DNA of 30,946 bases, taken from positions 62,001-92,946 of the IMG/VR virus record IMGVR_UViG_3300010945_000722. One strand, 5' to 3'. Shown one piece after another: positions 26,692-30,946 of this stretch. The notes under the pieces are model-generated. The model saw only the letters and a program-made list of their open reading frames with translations, did not search any database and had not been told where the DNA came from. The first letter of the stretch is position 1; each line of letters starts with the position of its first letter. Both the position numbers and the translations under genes were made by a program. Source of the DNA: an uncultured virus (IMG/VR IMGVR_UViG_3300010945_000722). Lineage: Duplodnaviria; Heunggongvirae; Uroviricota; Caudoviricetes.

Positions 26692-27171
26692 TTATAAGTT
26701 GGTCTTTAACCATTCTTCTACATTGTAGTTTTCTAAAACTTTGTCTGCATCTCTATCAGAAAGTTGCATTGCAATTCTATCTAATTCACAGCGTTTTTCA
26801 TCAGCCCACTCAACTGTAAGCCTGACAATTCTTTCTACATCTTCTTTGCTGTACTTCTTTCCTGTAAGTGTGATGTCTTTTAATGGTGACATATCTACAG
26901 TTTTAAAAGGATTAGTGATTCCGGGAGTGTCTTTATTGTTTTCTAAATGTTGTTTGAAAGCTTCTGCAAGCTCACTATCAGATATATCCTCTTCTTCACC
27001 ACTTTTACCACCTACATATAAGCAGCACAGCATATTAATGAAGGTTGCAATGATTGCAGCAGTAGCCCAGCCATTACCATTGATTACAGTGCCTGTAAAC
27101 AGTGCACTGAATAATAAAAAGGCAGATATAAATAGCCACCATTTCCAGTTGTAGTCTGATATGTTTTTCAT
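26692..27171 (-). CDS. Membrane protein with two N-terminal TM helices
   Basis: WWLFISAFLLFSALFTG and WATAAIIATFINMLCCLYV. Confidence 0.8.
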   Translation of the reverse strand: MKNISDYNWKWWLFISAFLLFSALFTGTVINGNGWATAAIIATFINMLCCLYVGGKSGEEEDISDSELAEAFKQHLENNKDTPGITNPFKTVDMSPLKDITLTGKKYSKEDVERIVRLTVEWADEKRCELDRIAMQLSDRDADKVLENYNVEEWLKTNL

Positions 27172-27198
27172 TTTGTTTTTAATTAAAAAGTGATTGAA

Positions 27199-27417
27199 TT
27201 ATGCAGCAGTGAAAGAGTCCAATACTACACCTTTTTTAAGTCTTTTGGAAGCAATACCTATCAAAGTACAGACTACATTACAAGATGCCCACTCTGCACC
27301 TGCATCAGGAGGAATGAACTTCTCAGCTTCTAAAGGAGAAGTAGCACAAACCACAAATCCTATGTAGCAGTCAAGTCCGGTAGGAGCTGTTGTTGTTAGA
27401 AGATATAACTTTTTCAT
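27199..27417 (-). CDS. Small hypothetical phage protein
   Basis: 72 aa; FVVCA...EA...IG.A...GVVL.SF pattern. Confidence 0.75.
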   Translation of the reverse strand: MKKLYLLTTTAPTGLDCYIGFVVCATSPLEAEKFIPPDAGAEWASCNVVCTLIGIASKRLKKGVVLDSFTAA

Positions 27418-27638
27418 GTTATTTTTATTTTACTTGTCAGAATGAAGAATTTCTTTTCTTTGTTAGGATACAAATGTCTTTTAAAGATACACTTGTGAGT
27501 TTCAATGTTCAGCATATTATACCCTTTTTTAGTCACTCTGATAAACTTACATTTACTTTTAAGAGTGTAAAACCAAGGGAGTTTTACTGCAACATCATAC
27601 TCTTTACCTAAAATTAATTGGGTATAGTAGCCTTTCAT
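27414..27638 (-). CDS. Small basic hypothetical protein
   Basis: Likely start MKGYY at 27638. Confidence 0.65.
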   Translation of the reverse strand: MKGYYTQLILGKEYDVAVKLPWFYTLKSKCKFIRVTKKGYNMLNIETHKCIFKRHLYPNKEKKFFILTSKIKIT

Positions 27639-27781
27639 GACTATTGTTTTAAGAGTTAAAAATAAAGACACACCTACCACATACTTTGTAATGAGAGCTA
27701 CTCATCAGAGGTTTCGTTTATACAGCAGGACAAGGAGCTCCCTATTTCTATACTGCATTTTAGTAAGATGTGCTTTAATTG

Positions 27782-28075
27782 TTATTCATCACCATGAAAT
27801 TCACACACAAGTCTTTTCATGTCTCCAATGGTACTGGAACAGATTGTGTGTACATAGTTATGGTATTGCCAAATTTCACAGTTCCACATTTCATCCTGAT
27901 ACCACACCTGTCCGGAAAAGCCCCAACCAGGATAGTGAGACCAGAAATTGTTGTTCTTTAAAACTTCAGCAATCTCTTCATGAATGATATGGTCAAAATT
28001 TGATATGATACTCTCAGGATATTCTTCCCAATCAGCTGGCTTTCTTTTGTTTTCAATTATACCTTCCACCATGAC
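27782..28075 (-). CDS. Hypothetical protein
   Basis: Trp-rich ~97-aa ORF; start probably near the MVEG Met. Confidence 0.7.
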   Translation of the reverse strand, partial: VMVEGIIENKRKPADWEEYPESIISNFDHIIHEEIAEVLKNNNFWSHYPGWGFSGQVWYQDEMWNCEIWQYHNYVHTICSSTIGDMKRLVCEFHGDE

Positions 28076-28332
28076 TATTGCTTTATGGGTGAATGATAGT
28101 GACAATAGTCCCCCTGTTTGCTTACCTGCATTTTACATGGTGTACCATCTTTCTTTGTTCCGGAACAGTGTATTGCATTGGGATTGTGAAACCTGCAATA
28201 TTTCTCAGGTGATGTGACTTTCATTTTACAAGGCTGTCCTGCCTTGGTTGTACCTGAACAGTATGTTGCAGGATTTTGTGCTGTTAATCCTAATGTAAGG
28301 ACACACAGCAGGGATAAGATTAATTTTTTCAT
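28075..28332 (-). CDS. Secreted small protein with two tandem C-x9-C-x10-C-x2-H repeats (DUF5763-like)
   Basis: Signal peptide MKKLILSLLCVLTLGLTA|Q; CSGTTKAGQPCK...YCRFH and CSGTKKDGTPCK...YCHYH. Confidence 0.8.
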   Translation of the reverse strand: MKKLILSLLCVLTLGLTAQNPATYCSGTTKAGQPCKMKVTSPEKYCRFHNPNAIHCSGTKKDGTPCKMQVSKQGDYCHYHSPIKQ

Positions 28333-28360
28333 GTTATTTTAATTTATTTGAATGAATAAT

Positions 28361-28389
28361 AAAAAAGTGCCCTGGACTACAGGCACTTT
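28361..28389 (-). terminator. Intrinsic terminator
   Basis: AAAGTGCCTG-TAGTC-CAGGGCACTTTTTT. Confidence 0.65.
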
Positions 28390-28457
28390 AGTTTAACCAA
28401 AAACTATGAAGAACTAGTTTATCTCAGGTGAGATTTCAGCTGTTGTCCTACAACTGA

Positions 28458-28832
28458 TTATTTATTGATGCAACAATGTTTGTACTTTTTACCACTGCCA
28501 CAAGGACATGGTTCATTTCTCTGGATTTTTGGGTCTTCCTTACTATTTCTTACAGCTACAGCAGGTCTTCTTTCAGATTTAGGTATTCTGTTTAAATCCT
28601 GATCTATCATTTCTTTTATGAAAGCCATCTCTTTTTGTGCTTGTAATGATAAATCTGCAGTAGTTGCTTGTAAAAAAGTATCTAACTTATTTCTACCTGC
28701 AACAAGTACTTTCTTATTAGTGGTTTTTAAGTCAATCATTTTCTGAGTGACATGCCCATCTTCATCTTGTATAATGATTACATCAGGTGTACCTTCTTTT
28801 TTTATCTGTTCTGATAATGCTTTATTTTCCAT
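28458..28832 (-). CDS. SEC-C motif protein
   Basis: C-terminal KIQRNEPCPCGSGKKYKHCC; likely start MENKA at 28832. Confidence 0.85.
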   Translation of the reverse strand: MENKALSEQIKKEGTPDVIIIQDEDGHVTQKMIDLKTTNKKVLVAGRNKLDTFLQATTADLSLQAQKEMAFIKEMIDQDLNRIPKSERRPAVAVRNSKEDPKIQRNEPCPCGSGKKYKHCCINK

Positions 28833-29076
28833 GTCTAAATGTTTTTCTGAGTGGAGAGATAATGTAATCAATATTGGTGACATCTTCATGCCATTCCAAA
28901 TTGAAACCCTGGTCATAAAGTGCAAATTCAATGTCTGAGTCAGAGCCTTCACCCTTCATCATAATTCTTTGTGCTTCCACATAGTTTACTTTGCCTTCCA
29001 GCAATAGCATGGTAGATACCGGGATTGATGCCATTACTAAGAACAGCAAAATCATTGTTAATTTAAGTTTTTTCAT
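28822..29076 (-). CDS. Small protein with N-terminal signal/TM segment
   Basis: MKKLKLTMILLFLVMASIPVSTMLLL. Confidence 0.7.
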   Translation of the reverse strand: MKKLKLTMILLFLVMASIPVSTMLLLEGKVNYVEAQRIMMKGEGSDSDIEFALYDQGFNLEWHEDVTNIDYIISPLRKTFRHGK

Positions 29077-29583
29077 GATGTATTTATTTAAGGGATGATG
29101 AATAAAAAGGCTATATTATACAAATGTTTGTGAAAATTGAGATTTGAGAAAAGTGGTTAAAAACCCCTCTACTTTTCTAACTCACACTCAAGTGAGTGAT
29201 TATCAATGAGTTATATCATCAATAATCTACCCACTGAGTAGAGTGATGGCCTAATTCTGGCTTGTTGTGAACACCAAAGTGGGTGCTACTGTCACAACTC
29301 TTACAATTCTTGTTCTCATGTCTTTATTATTGAGGTGATTGGAATAAAAATAAAAGATGAGAGTGTGCCAGTCATAAACATACACCAAATGATCCTCTCT
29401 CACCCCTGTCCCGGAAGCAATCTATCCAGGAAGTACAGACTCCTTGGGCTCTGTTACACCTTCAACCTTGTTGTTCACCTTAGGTTAATGCCCACAATCA
29501 GATTGATACCTACCCCTGTGAGGAGTTCCAGCAGGTATCAGAGCTACTGATTTACCAGGTATTAAACCAGTATATTCAACAGT

Positions 29584-29603
29584 CAAGAATTAGTGGGGGT
29601 TGT
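29584..29603 (-). promoter_or_regulatory. Repeated 20-bp motif, copy 2
   Basis: ACAACCCCCACTAATTCTTG. Confidence 0.6.
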
Positions 29604-29837
29604 CACGGAGTAAGTAAGATAAAGGGATTGAAGAGGGCAGAAAAAATGGCACTTTTGGGACTTTTTTGGACTGCTAAGGTTTTCCCCCACACCCCCTTTC
29701 CAAAGCTGTTTTGCCTTAGGTATTCTATTCACCATGCCCACCCTCCACCCCAAAGTTACACCATAATTATCAAATAAAAAAGCTTTTTCCCATTTATTTT
29801 CAAAACTCTTGTTTGCCTGACCAGGTTGGGACAAAAC

Positions 29838-29873
29838 AAAAACAGAGTCCAAGCCTTGTGGGGCCTGGACTCT
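29838..29873 (-). terminator. Intrinsic terminator after the 92-aa gene
   Basis: AGAGTCCAGGCC-CCACAA-GGCTTGGACTCT followed by GTTTTTG. Confidence 0.75.
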
Positions 29874-29888
29874 TGTTGGTTGCTGTGA

Positions 29889-30167
29889 CTATAGGACAGT
29901 TTCTGCTTCGGTGAACATCACAATCCTGTTGAAGCTGTATGGCTTGCCGGATTCTTGTGATTCTTTCTCTTCAGTTTGCAATCCTAAGTTGCTCATGGAT
30001 GGGTTAGCTTTGATAGCCTTTACAGTATCCTTGTGGATGCTGATTCTGGTTCTTGTAGCATCTACCCAATCAGTCATCCAGTCTGTTGGATTACCTTGTG
30101 CATCATTTGATGTGTTCAGGTTCAGGTTGCTGACACCTAATTTGATTTTGATTTCTGTGATTGTCAT
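29889..30167 (-). CDS. Hypothetical protein, first gene of the leftward arm
   Basis: 92-aa ORF bracketed by motif copy 3 and a terminator. Confidence 0.8.
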   Translation of the reverse strand: MTITEIKIKLGVSNLNLNTSNDAQGNPTDWMTDWVDATRTRISIHKDTVKAIKANPSMSNLGLQTEEKESQESGKPYSFNRIVMFTEAETVL

Positions 30168-30208
30168 TGTTAAAGTGTTTAAGTTGTTAGTTAATGTGAC
30201 ATTATTGT

Positions 30209-30228
30209 CAAGGATTAATGGGGGTTGT
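30209..30228 (-). promoter_or_regulatory. Repeated 20-bp motif, copy 3
   Basis: ACAACCCCCATTAATCCTTG, 41 nt upstream of the ATG at 30167. Confidence 0.65.
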
Positions 30229-30445
30229 TATGGTAAGACTTAGTAGAGTCTTGTCAGGTGGCAGAGCTTGTGGTGGCTGTGCTGCTGGACAGGTAGGCAA
30301 GGTGTGGTGTGAGACACAGACACAGTGCTGTCAGCTTGCGGTAGCCTTGAGGTGGCTGAGGTTCAAGCTGTCCTGAGAGATACCATAACTATACCCTGCC
30401 TGCAAGAATTTGTTTCTTGAAATGAGGTGGGGGTATTTGTACTCT

Positions 30446-30465
30446 CAGAAATTAGAGGGGGTTGT
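30446..30465 (-). promoter_or_regulatory. Repeated 20-bp motif, copy 4
   Basis: ACAACCCCCTCTAATTTCTG. Confidence 0.6.
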
Positions 30466-30647
30466 TTGTGGGGAGGACCACATCTTCTCAAACCCATTAA
30501 ATATTTTTTAGAACCAAAAATTTTTTAGGTATTAAAATCTCTCATTGTAGGAACAGCAGGGGGAAGTTCTCTTGGTGGTTTTTCTCTACTTGGATATATC
30601 ATTGGTGTAAGTGCCGGATCTGTCATTGAAACAAAAATAAGAAATAA

Positions 30648-30678
30648 TTTGCTAATCTTAATTTTTATCTTAACTTTG
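30648..30678 (+). promoter_or_regulatory. Bacteroidota sigma-A-type promoter (-33/-7)
   Basis: TTTG (30648-30651), 19-nt spacer, TAACTTTG (30671-30678), just upstream of a + strand ORF. Confidence 0.75.
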
Positions 30679-30691
30679 TTTAAGAATTGAA

Positions 30692-30946
30692 ATGAATATG
30701 GAAAGTAAAGTTTTAAGGAAAATCCTCAGACTCCCTAGAGGAGAATATTACAAAACACACCTTCAAATAGTCAATGCTTTATTACCAATTAAGTTGACTA
30801 CAAAGGAAATAGAGGTCTTGGCAGCCTTTATGTCTTTAGATGGAGATATTGCCAAAGACAGGTTTGGAACTTCAGCAAGAAAGATTATTAAGAAAGATTT
30901 GAAACTTTCAGATGGTGGACTTGGAAACTATCTTAAAGCTTTTAAA
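30692..30946 (+). CDS. Putative winged-helix DNA-binding protein, runs off the right edge
   Basis: Hand translation MNMESKVLRKILRLPRGEYYKTHLQIVNALLPIKLTTKEIEVLAAFMSLDGDIAKDRFGTSARKIIKKDLKLSDGGLGNYLKAF... Confidence 0.7.
   Translation, partial: MNMESKVLRKILRLPRGEYYKTHLQIVNALLPIKLTTKEIEVLAAFMSLDGDIAKDRFGTSARKIIKKDLKLSDGGLGNYLKAFK

Noticed and set aside
27701..27716. Canonical hammerhead ribozyme
   Set aside because: CGAAAC and CUGAUGAG are separated by only 2 nt, so stems I and III and the cleavage triplet cannot form in cis.
29583..29852. 89-aa minus-strand ORF
   Set aside because: Starts inside a terminator hairpin and spans promoter-like motifs; more likely regulatory DNA.
2272..30243. 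Plus-strand ORFs in the track (e.g. 5662-6039, 26370-26819, 26741-27154, 29911-30243) and short nested minus-strand ORFs
   Set aside because: Mostly antisense or out-of-frame shadows of well-supported genes, with no recognisable motifs.
1..30946. Stop-codon reassignment as in some crAss-like phages
   Set aside because: Long genes are intact in the standard code, and TAG/TGA end genes at sensible positions (e.g. 12651, 14644).

Overview
A 31-kb segment of an AT-rich bacteriophage genome, most consistent with a crAss-like (Crassvirales-type) phage of a Bacteroidota host. The support is gene content and order, TAnnTTTG host-type promoters and a Gln-after-signal-peptide protein. Nearly all genes lie on the minus strand. 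They run from small early genes at the right end through an intron-split Dda/RecD-like helicase, a tmRNA and a non-coding RNA-rich block, into the replication module (PolA, SF2 helicase, DnaB-like helicase, AAA ATPase, SSB-like protein, primase, UDG, resolvase, PD-(D/E)XK exonuclease). A divergent plus-strand unit begins at about 30690. The most interesting feature is a four-gene cassette inside the replication module that looks like a complete ubiquitin-like conjugation pathway: Ubl precursor, E2-like protein, JAB protease, E1/ThiF. Other highlights are a group I intron with a GIY-YIG endonuclease, a tmRNA with a 36-codon tag, several candidate structured RNAs, a 20-bp intergenic motif repeated four times (candidate phage promoter), and strong CG depletion that spares CCGG. 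All family calls come from motif recognition by eye; no database search or folding program was run.
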